Shown here: positions 37,846 to 47,711 of the stretch, in pieces | Layout of the letters: every line of letters starts with the position of its first letter | Numbering within the stretch: the stretch's first letter is position 1 | Source of the DNA: a virus | IMG/VR virus record: IMGVR_UViG_3300050144_000109 | Location: 32,001 to 96,000 of that record | Direction: 5' to 3' (one strand) | Length of the DNA: 64,000 nt | Notes under the pieces: model-generated | Seen by the model: the letters and a program-made list of their open reading frames with translations, nothing else | Databases searched by the model: none | What the model was told of the DNA's origin: nothing | Translations under genes and position numbers: made by a program

Positions 37846-39687
37846 TCAGTACTGAGCACCACCGAACTGGTTGCGGTAAGGAGCATTGCCCTGACCAGCA
37901 CCACCGATGTTGAACGGGTTGGAGCCCGCTTGGTTCTGCGAGTACAGCAGCGACTGCAGACCGTCGAACTGGACACGACCACCGACATTGTCAGCGAACG
38001 GGTTCTGCGACTGCAGGCTGATGGCCACGCCCATCGATTGCACAGCGCCCAGAAGTGCACGCAGGAAGTCAGGCATCAGGTTGACCATGCGGTCCACGCC
38101 AGTGAAGGTCACCGGGAAGTGGAACTTGTCTTGGATCAGTCGACGCTGTTCTTCCAGACGCACGTGCACTGGCTTGGACGTCGAGTAGGTGCGCGCATTG
38201 CTCCAGCGTGCCAGAGCGCTCGGGTCCTGGATGCCAGCCACGTTGGCCATGGCCAGATAGTCGAAGTCATGGACACTGCGCTTTTGGCCTTCGGTATCGA
38301 TGTAGAAACCAGCCAGCATGCAATCCTGCAGGGTGCCAGTGCTGTCTGCCGTCATCTGCACCGGGTTGGCAGTGCTGTTGTACATGCGCGAGAAGTTGCC
38401 GCCCGTCAGGATGTCAGCGCCAGCCAGAATCTCCTGGATTGCGTTGGCGTCACCGCGAGCTGCTTCTGCCCAGACTGCATTGCCCCAACCTTCAGCCGTG
38501 TGGCGACCGATGACCATGGAGATTGCGATCTCCTGACGGATGAGGCTGCTCATGAACATGTCAGCATCTGCCACGGACCATCCAGCGCCAGTGTCGATCG
38601 GAGCACCGTAGCCGCCTTGCTCGTAGCCAGGCACATTGGGCAGGTTGCCTTCGATGTTCAGCGCACCGATGTTGCGCATGTCGATGCGGCGAGCACCCAT
38701 CTGCGGACGCGGAAGCAGCGCCACACGCCACAGTGACGAACTCTGCAGCGCCAGAACACCAACGATGTTCATGAGCATTGCCGGGATGTCAGTGGCGTAG
38801 TAGTTGTCCATGCTGGTCATGATGAAGCGACCAGTGAACTTGCGGGTGTCTTGCGGCACCATACCGAACCCCATCTGACCGAACTGCTGCTGGGGGGTAG
38901 CGGGACTGTAGATCAGGTCCATGTAGCCAGTGGCACGGGCCAGACGGAACGAATCGCCTTCATTCATGCCGGTCTTGTTGGTGCCTTGCTGGCGCTTCAC
39001 GATCGACGTGTCGACGATGATGTCCGAGCGGAACGGGTGACCATCAGCACCGGTCAGCGAGTCTTGGCCGAAGGTCAGCGACATGTTGATCGCTTCTTCC
39101 GAGACCAGCTGGCTCAGGTTGATCGGCACGTAGTCCGAGCGACCTTGGATGATCGGCGAGTGCATGGCTTGCAGCATGCTGGTCAGCAGCGTGTAGCAGG
39201 CGGCCTCGTCCTTGAAGTTGAAGTCGCGCGGGGCCACCATCGGGTTGATGCCGACCGTGGTGATGCCGTCGTCCAGAATCGACAGCTTCGACTCGACAAA
39301 CCGGTCCACTTTCATCTGGAAGGTGGCGTCGATTGCATCCGCCGGACCACGGGGGACTTCGATCGGGCGGTTGTTGAACTGGATCATCAGCGGCGTCTTG
39401 GGTTCTGCAGAACCTTCGATCAGCAGGACACCACTGGTGCGGATCTTGCTGTTCAGCGAGGCCGGGCTGATGTCAGTGCCCATGAAGACCAGCGCCGAGT
39501 AGGCGACACCGTGCTGCATGTGGTCAAACACCCAGCAGTCGATCTTGATGTCACCAGCGTTGGCGTTGGCTTTGATGATGGCCTGTGCTGCGTCGAACGC
39601 CTCCTGGGTCTGTGCCGACAGGCGGCTGCGGCTCAGAACGTTGGTGGAGCCGTGCGACAGGAAAGACAGATTCTTTGCGAAAGACAT
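37846..39687 (-). CDS. chmA: Chimallin, phage nuclear shell protein (ChmA/PhuN, phiKZ gp54-like)
   Basis: 613 aa, directly upstream of the gp55-like gene; strong codon bias; own promoter and terminator; G/N/Q-rich C-terminal tail. Confidence 0.82.
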   Translation of the reverse strand: MSFAKNLSFLSHGSTNVLSRSRLSAQTQEAFDAAQAIIKANANAGDIKIDCWVFDHMQHGVAYSALVFMGTDISPASLNSKIRTSGVLLIEGSAEPKTPLMIQFNNRPIEVPRGPADAIDATFQMKVDRFVESKLSILDDGITTVGINPMVAPRDFNFKDEAACYTLLTSMLQAMHSPIIQGRSDYVPINLSQLVSEEAINMSLTFGQDSLTGADGHPFRSDIIVDTSIVKRQQGTNKTGMNEGDSFRLARATGYMDLIYSPATPQQQFGQMGFGMVPQDTRKFTGRFIMTSMDNYYATDIPAMLMNIVGVLALQSSSLWRVALLPRPQMGARRIDMRNIGALNIEGNLPNVPGYEQGGYGAPIDTGAGWSVADADMFMSSLIRQEIAISMVIGRHTAEGWGNAVWAEAARGDANAIQEILAGADILTGGNFSRMYNSTANPVQMTADSTGTLQDCMLAGFYIDTEGQKRSVHDFDYLAMANVAGIQDPSALARWSNARTYSTSKPVHVRLEEQRRLIQDKFHFPVTFTGVDRMVNLMPDFLRALLGAVQSMGVAISLQSQNPFADNVGGRVQFDGLQSLLYSQNQAGSNPFNIGGAGQGNAPYRNQFGGAQY

Positions 39688-39800
39688 GGTAAGGTTCCTT
39701 GTGGGACTGTGCCCGTGGTTGGAAAAGAGAGTTCAGGTGAAACAAGAACAACCAGTGTTTCCACTGATTGGGGAGACGATTACGTTGGTAGTCTCTAAAG

Positions 39801-39830
39801 AATGATATCGGATCATAAATTTTTGCAATC
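39801..39830 (-). promoter_or_regulatory. Putative early promoter for chimallin
   Basis: Minus strand gattgcaaaaatttatgatccgatatcatt. Confidence 0.65.
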
Positions 39831-40016
39831 CGATTTTTATACCCATTGAACAAAAGTGGATATCATAACTCTTGTGCACCCAGGCCAACATGTGCCATGG
39901 GTGGACGATCATTCCTTGCAGAATTTCTCATCACAGTATATGTGGTAAATCAATTGAGTGCTGTTACTGGCACAAAAAACATCCAACTGACTTTTTCACC
40001 CATAGGGCCACCCACC

Positions 40017-41132
40017 ATGTCTTTCGCTTTGTTCAGGTCTATTCCTGACATCACAGCCAATGTGCTCATTCCACCACAGTGGAACTACGTCAAAGAGAAC
40101 TTCAACTTAAACATTGACAAGGCGATCAGCTACTACCAGTTTGCACAACTTCCGCTGAAGGCAGGGCACATCTTGGCTCGTCTGATGACCACCATCAATA
40201 TCCCTAAAGGAATGCCCCTAGAGCGCTACTATGACAACGTAGAAGCCATCGCTATTGAGCAGGCTTCTATTCTAGGGTATGCAACCCCGTTTCAGTTTGG
40301 TAGACTTTTCAGTGGCATGTTCTACGACGTAGAATCCCCTGAATACATCATTGCAGTAGATGACTTCTTCAACATTGAAGAGACTACTAGGAACTGGAGG
40401 CAAGCTAGACCGCTTTATCCCATCCTACATCCAAAGTCTGATTTGAACATTCAGTTCTGCAATGCCAAGCATTATTCGAATGAAACAGGGTTGTCTGTAC
40501 TGGTGTTGAATGTACCGATGCTCATGGTGCAATACAGGGCTTATTTAAAAGAAGTCTATGCCAAGAACTACATGGGTATGCGTGGAAACATGTACAACTT
40601 CCTAGGGGGGTTTGTCATTCCGAACATGATGAGACAGCACATGGATTTGTGTTTGTTCAATCGACTCATTCTAAGACACGATGCGCCAGAGGTAGAACCA
40701 GAGAACAAACCCCTACTGAAGCATGCGTTCAACTTGCCCAATATGAATGAATTTGTAGACACCAACATTGATGTCATTCTCAAGAACTTGAAACAGGTCC
40801 CTGGACGCTTTGAATTCTTATTGAATGCCATTCCTAGCTTCAGCAGTGAAAGCGTCTATAAAAGCCTATTGGTGCCCGATGTGATGCCTACGAAACAGAT
40901 TGAGTGGCTCATGTCTTGCTCCAGACTCAAGTACCTAGACTTTCTAATGAGATTATCTGGAACACACGTAGAAGCAAAGAACCAAGTCACGATCAACCAG
41001 TGCGCTAGAACACTCAGACTCTACGACACATTGCTAGAGATCAGAGACCATCTGCCCGGCACGCTCTACGGTGAAATGCATGCCTATATTCAGAACCTTG
41101 ATAGTCACACTACAATTAGCCTAGAGGTATAA
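40017..41132 (+). CDS. Conserved phiKZ-like protein (gp52-like, probably virion)
   Basis: ~371 aa from MSFALF, between the DNA polymerase and chimallin genes on the opposite strand. Confidence 0.65.
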   Translation: MSFALFRSIPDITANVLIPPQWNYVKENFNLNIDKAISYYQFAQLPLKAGHILARLMTTINIPKGMPLERYYDNVEAIAIEQASILGYATPFQFGRLFSGMFYDVESPEYIIAVDDFFNIEETTRNWRQARPLYPILHPKSDLNIQFCNAKHYSNETGLSVLVLNVPMLMVQYRAYLKEVYAKNYMGMRGNMYNFLGGFVIPNMMRQHMDLCLFNRLILRHDAPEVEPENKPLLKHAFNLPNMNEFVDTNIDVILKNLKQVPGRFEFLLNAIPSFSSESVYKSLLVPDVMPTKQIEWLMSCSRLKYLDFLMRLSGTHVEAKNQVTINQCARTLRLYDTLLEIRDHLPGTLYGEMHAYIQNLDSHTTISLEV

Positions 41133-41141
41133 AAAGCCTTT

Positions 41142-41190
41142 CTCACCCACACTACTTTAGCGCATTCAACGCTAAAGTAGTGTGGGTGAG
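41142..41190. terminator. Stem-loop between convergent genes
   Basis: ctcacccacactactttagcg...cgctaaagtagtgtgggtgag, 21-bp stem. Confidence 0.75.
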
Positions 41191-41211
41191 TCTGGCAGTC
41201 TTGCGTCTTAT

Positions 41212-43344
41212 TTACGAATAGTAGTCGGACACGAGTCGTTTGATCTTATCGTCGTTGGTATAGAATCCCAGTGTTTCAAGCACCAAGTAAAAACTCTTGC
41301 ACAGCTCACTGACTAACTTGCGAAAGTCAATGACTTGCTTTACCTCTTCAGGGATGCCCACAGCTTGAAGAATGGGTGCTGGCAGATGGAACGTCGAGAT
41401 AAACATCTTCTCATTCTTGACCATGTACCGTGACAGTCTTTCAGCAAGCTCCCTGTCTTTAAAAGACTCAATCCAAGCGCGAGTCTTTCTAGTGTTGTCA
41501 GTTGTGAGCGAGATTTTCACAGTCCCATAAGGGGGAGGCGCGACTTCTCCGTAGGATTGTGACCAGACTTCCATCCAGAAGTTGTGGTTCTGGTAAGGAC
41601 TTTCCTCTTCTTCTTTGGTGTAACTTTCTTTTTCTTTAATAGAACCAAAGCGAATGTACTTAGATTCTCCTCTGAGCAAACTATCCATGATCTCACGCTC
41701 AATCTCAGCGACAATCTTGAGATACTTCATGATAGAAATCTTCTTACCTGCCTTGACAGTATCCATGATGTCAACCATCATGTCTTTAGATCTAGAGATG
41801 ATTTCCTTATTGATGTTGGAGTTCTTTAAATGCACCCCTTTGATTTCAAGATCGGATGGATCCAATATATTCCCTTCTTGACAACCAATGCCAGCATAGT
41901 AATGTTTACCCAGCTGCGTAGGAACAAACACATCAAAACGAAATTCACTTTTCATGGCAATTCTAAACATGTACTCTTTGTCTACGCCCATGTTGGCGGA
42001 CATGGTAGCCAGGATGTGTACAATGGCTGAAGATGCAATGAACGTCATAGTGGCTTGCATAGCGATGGCACGCTCTGAGAAATTCAACTCCCCTTCATAC
42101 CAAATCACCCAGTCTTGTACTGTGAAGATGGTAGAGTCAGTATCACTCAGGACAGCAGCTCTTCGAATACTTTCAGGGAAATACCCTACGCTGGCTGGGA
42201 TGTTGTCACTGACCATGATGACTTTGATAAAGTCAGCATATTCCTGAACTGTTTGTTGTGCATTTAAGATGGTCAGCGCCAGTGTGTCAATGTCTTCCGG
42301 CTTTCTGACTTTGGAATAATCCTTACCAATGCCTCTAGCTTCTTCTTCACAGATCTGGTGCGCAAGGTTTACATAGGCATCAGGAGCATTTTCAATCACC
42401 TTTTGTGCACTTGGACATACTCCTTTAATTTTATTGCTCAAACGCGTGATAAAGGCACGCATAAAGGATTCATTGAGTAGCAAGACTTGGTACAGATCTC
42501 CCGTATAAACAAATGCCGCTCTTTGGAAACCATTGAGTTTTTCGATGGTGGAACGGATCTTCTGTATCCACAAGTCATTTCTGAAATACAAATCAGTAGA
42601 GTATTTCACACAAGCCAGCGCCTGTTCGATACTGGGGATTACCAAATTGTACTTTTGAATAACGCCAATCAGTGCATCGTAGTCTGTGTGTCCAACAATT
42701 GAAATGATGTTGTTGTTTACAGTGCGCCAATCTCGATAGTGTCTATTCCCACTGAGCAGTTTTTCATTGTCGGCGTTTCCATAACCACTGGTGCTCCTGC
42801 ATACACTGGTGAGCGTGGAGTGTGCTGTCTTATTGAACAGTGGTGTACTGGGGGTGACATGGGCCCCACTCACCGCATTGTTTTTGAGCTTACGATTGGT
42901 TTGTTCAGATTTCTTGAACGTGTACAATTGCGCATCTTTATTAGCCTTTGCAACAAACATCGCTTTCTTAGCTTTATTTCGAAGCGCGATATTGCCATCA
43001 ATGTACTTTGCCAACAGTGATTTCTTTTTCTTGGTATTGATGTACGTTGTGAACGTGGGCGCTATGATGTCACCAGCAGCAATAGACTCATCGATGTACT
43101 GCTTGAGTGTACCTTCTTTCAGTTCACGATCACCAAACTCATTTCTCTCCAAGTACTCTACCTTGGGATCTTTGAACTCAAACACACCGCCTGGACGAAG
43201 TGCTTTTGAGATAAATCCCCTGACCTCTTCTTCGCTGGCACCCGTCATCAACTCCAAATACAACCTACAATCGTGCACGTAGTCGCCCAATGGATTCAAC
43301 TTACGAACATATTCGTCTACTGGCTTAACAAATGGATCTTGCAT
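41212..43344 (-). CDS. Split family-B DNA polymerase, catalytic subunit (phiKZ gp50-like)
   Basis: Motif B QTNRKLKNNAVSG, motif C SDTDS, KHY, EIKG; aagga RBS before MQDPF. Confidence 0.9.
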   Translation of the reverse strand: MQDPFVKPVDEYVRKLNPLGDYVHDCRLYLELMTGASEEEVRGFISKALRPGGVFEFKDPKVEYLERNEFGDRELKEGTLKQYIDESIAAGDIIAPTFTTYINTKKKKSLLAKYIDGNIALRNKAKKAMFVAKANKDAQLYTFKKSEQTNRKLKNNAVSGAHVTPSTPLFNKTAHSTLTSVCRSTSGYGNADNEKLLSGNRHYRDWRTVNNNIISIVGHTDYDALIGVIQKYNLVIPSIEQALACVKYSTDLYFRNDLWIQKIRSTIEKLNGFQRAAFVYTGDLYQVLLLNESFMRAFITRLSNKIKGVCPSAQKVIENAPDAYVNLAHQICEEEARGIGKDYSKVRKPEDIDTLALTILNAQQTVQEYADFIKVIMVSDNIPASVGYFPESIRRAAVLSDTDSTIFTVQDWVIWYEGELNFSERAIAMQATMTFIASSAIVHILATMSANMGVDKEYMFRIAMKSEFRFDVFVPTQLGKHYYAGIGCQEGNILDPSDLEIKGVHLKNSNINKEIISRSKDMMVDIMDTVKAGKKISIMKYLKIVAEIEREIMDSLLRGESKYIRFGSIKEKESYTKEEEESPYQNHNFWMEVWSQSYGEVAPPPYGTVKISLTTDNTRKTRAWIESFKDRELAERLSRYMVKNEKMFISTFHLPAPILQAVGIPEEVKQVIDFRKLVSELCKSFYLVLETLGFYTNDDKIKRLVSDYYS

Positions 43345-43430
43345 GAATAATTCCTTGTTATAGTGAAGCGTATTCTTTCTCGTTAGATATTGGTACATGG
43401 TGCTTTTATACAGAAAATCAAACAGCATAA

Positions 43431-44030
43431 GTGGGGTCGTAGCGCACCGGCAACCGCCAATACGCTACGACCCCACCGGGTGTATAACCAGACAACAATG
43501 ACAGAGAAAAGTCGATATACCGTAAGTGGTCGGATCCACCACCAAGAAGACTACACTCTTCCGAAGGCAATTGACTTCTATTTGCTTTGCCAACGATCCA
43601 AGCTCAAACAAGGGTCTACATTGAGAGGGGTGCCGACGCCTTGGAACCAGTGAATCAAACAACAAGACAGTGTAGAAAATCGATTACCGTCTTCAGAACA
43701 TCTCAGTGTTCAAAATGGATCCGACCACACGACAAGTCGCAAGCAGATAAACCCACCTGCGACAAAAAAAGAAGAGCGTTCGCCTTCCTTGAATGAGAGA
43801 CCAACTGAAAAGAGTAGCAGATGAACAAGCAGAATTCCACCACTGTTGCGGCCTGAAAGACTCGGGAAATCCCACCAAGGGATGAGTCTAGGCTGCTGAC
43901 ATGTGAAAGGTGGACTGCGTTCATGTCCTCAAACCAATTGAAATCTCACTCAAGGAAGGGTACTTACTTTTTTCCAACCACAGGAGCAGCAAATGCCACT
44001 TGCCAAGAAATAGCTTCAATGACCAGTGTG
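43431..44030 (-). ncRNA. Candidate large structured non-coding RNA
   Basis: No convincing ORF; several nested helices whose mismatches mostly become G.U on the minus strand; promoter-like motif upstream and long hairpin at the 3' end. Confidence 0.6.
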
Positions 44031-44036
44031 TTTGCA

Positions 44037-44067
44037 TACTATATGTATATTTTAAGTGCTTGTCATG
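44037..44067 (-). promoter_or_regulatory. Putative early promoter for the structured RNA region
   Basis: Minus strand catgacaagcacttaaaatatacatatagta shares ACATATAGTA with the motifs at 5286 and 19470. Confidence 0.5.
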
Positions 44068-44462
44068 ATGGAAAGATCGAAGTTATTGAAACCACTCCGA
44101 ATCAAGAGGTCTCGAATACTGTTCATGTCAGAAGAAGAAACGCCGTGAATAATCAAGCGCACGGTCTGCGAGTTGACCAGTGTAGGTTGTGTAGCAATCC
44201 ATTCGTGCGCAATGATCCGGTAGTCACCACTACTGGTCTTGATGCGAATGTAGGTGAGGTCCCTGGCATCTCTGGAGATGCCGGTGCCTAGTGTTGGGAA
44301 TACGGTTGCATGGGTCGCTGCAAGGTCGCCTTGAAACTTGACAGCATCGTTGTACATGAGAATGCTGGTGACAGTTGCATTCTCATAACCAATGCCTAAA
44401 ATAGCCACTGCTTTTAAAGTGATATTGTAGGTCTGGTTCAGTTCAATATTGAACAGTCTCAT
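44052..44462 (-). CDS. Conserved hypothetical protein (phiKZ gp49-like)
   Basis: MRLFNIELNQTY..., ATGA overlap with the upstream gene. Confidence 0.65.
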   Translation of the reverse strand: MRLFNIELNQTYNITLKAVAILGIGYENATVTSILMYNDAVKFQGDLAATHATVFPTLGTGISRDARDLTYIRIKTSSGDYRIIAHEWIATQPTLVNSQTVRLIIHGVSSSDMNSIRDLLIRSGFNNFDLSIMTST

Positions 44463-44899
44463 GGTGGATATTGTCCTGTACGTAGCGGATGTGGGGTAGA
44501 ACTGGTGAGATGGATATGCCCGTAGATGACACAGTCGTAAACATACGGGCAATACTTCTCACCGTTCGCTGGGTTGATGGTCATAGGAATGTTTTCCTTT
44601 TGAAACAGTGACAGCAATCTCAGCGCTAGCAAGTTGTACTGGATGATGCGGTTGGAGAAATTGCTTGTCCATTCACCAGAATCACTGAGCATGCTCTCGG
44701 AGCTCAATCTGGGTATCTCGAACTGAACACCAAAGAAACTATTTACTTCCACTTTGTTCGAGACGGATTCATAATCAGACAAAGCTTTCTGTACTGCTTT
44801 TCTAATTAGCTCTTCTACGTCTTTAAAGTCCGGTACTTTAAGACAGGTCAACATCTCGTCCAACATCTCTTCTGTGCGCAGCACAATGATCTTACTCAT
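44459..44899 (-). CDS. Hypothetical protein (small-gene array)
   Basis: 146-aa ORF in a tightly packed operon. Confidence 0.65.
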   Translation of the reverse strand: MSKIIVLRTEEMLDEMLTCLKVPDFKDVEELIRKAVQKALSDYESVSNKVEVNSFFGVQFEIPRLSSESMLSDSGEWTSNFSNRIIQYNLLALRLLSLFQKENIPMTINPANGEKYCPYVYDCVIYGHIHLTSSTPHPLRTGQYPP

Positions 44900-44902
44900 C
44901 TC

Positions 44903-45298
44903 TTAATCATTCCTTTTGAATACCAGACAACCATTAGAAATCCCAATGAGGGTCAATTGAAGTTTGTAGTTCAGGTAATGTCCGCTGGCTTCTAGTTTAT
45001 CCATGCAGATCAAGGCACATGTCGTTAAGTAGTTTACTAAAAGTTCAAACTCATAGCCAAACATTTCAATGGTATTCAGTCGGACATAGAGTTCAGTATA
45101 GGCTGATAGTTTTTCTTGAGACGTTCTTTTGCGGAGAACGGTACTCAAGAAACTGAATAATTTAAGATCATCAAGCAGACCAGTCTCCCAATTCAAGTCT
45201 GCTTCTAAGACTTCCACAGAAGCCTCAGGGATCTTTACAATCACAAGCTTCCAAGGAAACTCATAGGTATCGCTCGAAGTTGAACACGACGGATTCAT
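44903..45298 (-). CDS. Hypothetical protein (small-gene array)
   Basis: 131-aa ORF; start may be at the internal ATG overlapping the upstream stop region. Confidence 0.6.
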   Translation of the reverse strand: MNPSCSTSSDTYEFPWKLVIVKIPEASVEVLEADLNWETGLLDDLKLFSFLSTVLRKRTSQEKLSAYTELYVRLNTIEMFGYEFELLVNYLTTCALICMDKLEASGHYLNYKLQLTLIGISNGCLVFKRND

Positions 45299-45665
45299 TT
45301 TTGCTTATTCCACGGTAAAAGATACCTACGTTATTGTCTTCCACCCTCCATTCAGGCGTCAGTACCGCATACAGCGCTTGCCGCATGCTTTCTATTACAT
45401 AGACGAAATGTTTCAGAATAAGATCTGCGACAAACCCATTGTCACCAGGACCAGAGTAGATGATGTTGTAATCAATCAGGTAGTCCACAATGTCCTCATT
45501 ACAGATCCCACTGTTGCCAAATAATAAGTCTAAAATAACGCTGAGTACAGCGTCTACGTCCATGGTAGGCAAATTCAAGTCTTGCGTGAGTTCTTCGAGG
45601 TGAGGCATAGCGTCATGAATAGGGACCATGAAACCAGCTTTCCCTACTATTTTAGGATAATGCAT
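45261..45665 (-). CDS. Hypothetical protein (small-gene array)
   Basis: 134-aa acidic ORF. Confidence 0.65.
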   Translation of the reverse strand: MHYPKIVGKAGFMVPIHDAMPHLEELTQDLNLPTMDVDAVLSVILDLLFGNSGICNEDIVDYLIDYNIIYSGPGDNGFVADLILKHFVYVIESMRQALYAVLTPEWRVEDNNVGIFYRGISKNESVVFNFERYL

Positions 45666-46083
45666 AGTAAACCACTTGGTTGTAGCTTTGAAACAATGTG
45701 TGTTTCAAGCTGTTTGGTAGAATTTCTGTTGCGGGAACACCTCTTTGCCTCAGAGTCTGGTAGAGTAAGTCCAGACTCTGGTAAAGGAAGCTTGCAAATT
45801 CAGGAGACCAGATTTGATTTGTCAGCGCAGATTCAATTTCGTAGGACCTAGTCCTGGAGATGAACTGGCGTGTATCGTATTCAAATTTGTCAAAGAGTGC
45901 ATCACTTATCTCCTCCAAGCTCATGTGGCCTCTTGTGTACGCTGCGTAGTACAGCACACCTTCATAAATGAGTTTGTACACCCCATCAGGTTCACAATGT
46001 GCAACGACACTGTATTCTCTTTCAAATACTTCACTGAGGTGGTCAAAATCATCCATGCCAATGATGACCAATTGTTTATTCAT
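45652..46083 (-). CDS. Hypothetical protein (small-gene array)
   Basis: 143-aa ORF, ATGA overlap. Confidence 0.65.
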   Translation of the reverse strand: MNKQLVIIGMDDFDHLSEVFEREYSVVAHCEPDGVYKLIYEGVLYYAAYTRGHMSLEEISDALFDKFEYDTRQFISRTRSYEIESALTNQIWSPEFASFLYQSLDLLYQTLRQRGVPATEILPNSLKHTLFQSYNQVVYYALS

Positions 46084-46460
46084 CTTAGTTCCTTGAATCT
46101 TTCGTAATTCATCTGGATGTGTGCTGTGTGTGTATTATTGAATTTTACTTTGCCCCACTCCAAACCAATGCTTCTAGAGTAGAGGCACTGGTTTGGGAAA
46201 GCGAGTTGTATGCTGTACTTGATCTCCTCTGTGACCATGGTTGCAAGATGAGAGTAGACAAAGCCACTCCCATAGTTTTCTTCTAGAAGCCGCAAGCAAA
46301 GCTTTTCACTCTCGATATCCAAGCTGTTCGGACACAAGAAGCAGCGCACAAGCAACTCCAAAACTCTTTGTGTATTGGGAGAAGGTAGATTTGCTTGCGC
46401 TTTAGCTTTGTTTCTCTCTAGAAGATTCTTTGCATTCTCGAAACTAATCAAGACAATCAT
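46080..46460 (-). CDS. Hypothetical protein (small-gene array)
   Basis: 126-aa ORF, ATGA overlap. Confidence 0.65.
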   Translation of the reverse strand: MIVLISFENAKNLLERNKAKAQANLPSPNTQRVLELLVRCFLCPNSLDIESEKLCLRLLEENYGSGFVYSHLATMVTEEIKYSIQLAFPNQCLYSRSIGLEWGKVKFNNTHTAHIQMNYERFKELR

Positions 46461-46834
46461 GATTCCATTTTGAAAATGTAGGAGCCTGTGAGTTGATCCA
46501 TCCCAACCAGCGTTGCAGAGGTCACGTCCGTAAACCCCACAATGTTAGAATGCATTTTGTTGAGGATGAGGGTGGTGAGGAGATCATCCAGTTTGGCAGT
46601 TTCTCGTTGATCCACCATCGCGTTCGAACATAGAACACCCAGAATGTCCCTCCTCATCTGTGCAGAACGATTGTCAAAGATGGAGCGGAGGTAGTCTTCA
46701 AAACAATCATGAAGCTCCTCCATGGTCTCACCATCCTCGCTCAAGTCGCTGGTGTCGATCTCATCGTGCAATGCGTACAGTAAAGCACACATTTCATCAT
46801 GGAAGCTGATGATGAATACCCGTTCCAGTTTCAT
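46457..46834 (-). CDS. Hypothetical protein (small-gene array)
   Basis: 125-aa acidic ORF, gagga RBS. Confidence 0.65.
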   Translation of the reverse strand: MKLERVFIISFHDEMCALLYALHDEIDTSDLSEDGETMEELHDCFEDYLRSIFDNRSAQMRRDILGVLCSNAMVDQRETAKLDDLLTTLILNKMHSNIVGFTDVTSATLVGMDQLTGSYIFKMES

Positions 46835-46835
46835 T

Positions 46836-47672
46836 TCATCCTCTTATTTCATTCATGTATTTCCACGGCATTCCGGGTGCAGGTTGGTTTAGTTCTTTGC
46901 GTTCTTGTTCCACCATCCACAGGTAAGCTCTTTGGTCCACAGACATCTCTACCGTGAGCCGACTTGCAGTGATGCTGACGAAAAACAGATGCCACTCAAA
47001 CCTGGCCATGAATTTCTTCAAGTCCTCCTGCAGTTGCTCTGTGATGCTCTCAATGAACAACACCAAAGGATCCAGATTGGAGTGGTAATCTCCCGTCAGG
47101 TACTCTGGTTTGAAATGGTCAAAGATGTAATCTACAGGCTCTTTGTTACTTCTTGGATAGTTGACTTTCTTGCTGATCAAATCTTCTACGATGGATTCGA
47201 TGATCTTGATACCGCGGTAAGGGAGCATCGGAACACTGGAGAGGAACTTACTCTTACGGTCCACAAAGAACTTAGGTACTGCCACTTCAAGAAGTGGTTG
47301 CCCAGGGATGCGATCGTGAATCCAAGACTGCCTGCCCTTATCGCGATAAACTTTTACCGAGAACACATCCCCTCCACCCAATTCATTCAACTCGGAGACA
47401 CGGACTTCTTGAATAATTCCTGTGGTTTGATCTAACTTCCTCATAAAGTATTCACCATCTTCTTTCATTACTGGCTCTAAGCTAGCAGCTGAGAAAATTC
47501 CCTTTGGTGGCTCCTTCAGGTACTCTCCTACAAACTGCTCGATGGAGCATGCCATGGCTTCAATGTCCATGTGGTACACCTTGCAGATGTCGAGTTGAAT
47601 CTTAGATTTATCACTCACGTGAAAGTCCTTTGGTAGTAGACCTAATGAAGATTTACAGTAGGGAGTAATCAA
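46836..47672 (-). CDS. Conserved hypothetical protein
   Basis: 278-aa ORF, TTG start with gggag RBS. Confidence 0.65.
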   Translation of the reverse strand: MITPYCKSSLGLLPKDFHVSDKSKIQLDICKVYHMDIEAMACSIEQFVGEYLKEPPKGIFSAASLEPVMKEDGEYFMRKLDQTTGIIQEVRVSELNELGGGDVFSVKVYRDKGRQSWIHDRIPGQPLLEVAVPKFFVDRKSKFLSSVPMLPYRGIKIIESIVEDLISKKVNYPRSNKEPVDYIFDHFKPEYLTGDYHSNLDPLVLFIESITEQLQEDLKKFMARFEWHLFFVSITASRLTVEMSVDQRAYLWMVEQERKELNQPAPGMPWKYMNEIRG

Positions 47673-47711
47673 ACTTCATAAACTCCCTACTGTTCCAAAT
47701 CATTAAGCGTA

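Noticed and set aside
38851-39798. Long antisense ORFs over chimallin, PicA, helicase, RNAP and tail tube genes
   Set aside because: Shadow frames produced by codon bias in the real genes.
43431-43480. GGGG...CCCCACC as a tRNA or tmRNA end
   Set aside because: No T-loop or cloverleaf; it is a simple long hairpin.
43703-43924. 73-aa minus-strand ORF and other short ORFs in the structured region
   Set aside because: Composition is not protein-like, the RBS is too close to the ATG, and the ORF lies within long helices. Not formally excluded.
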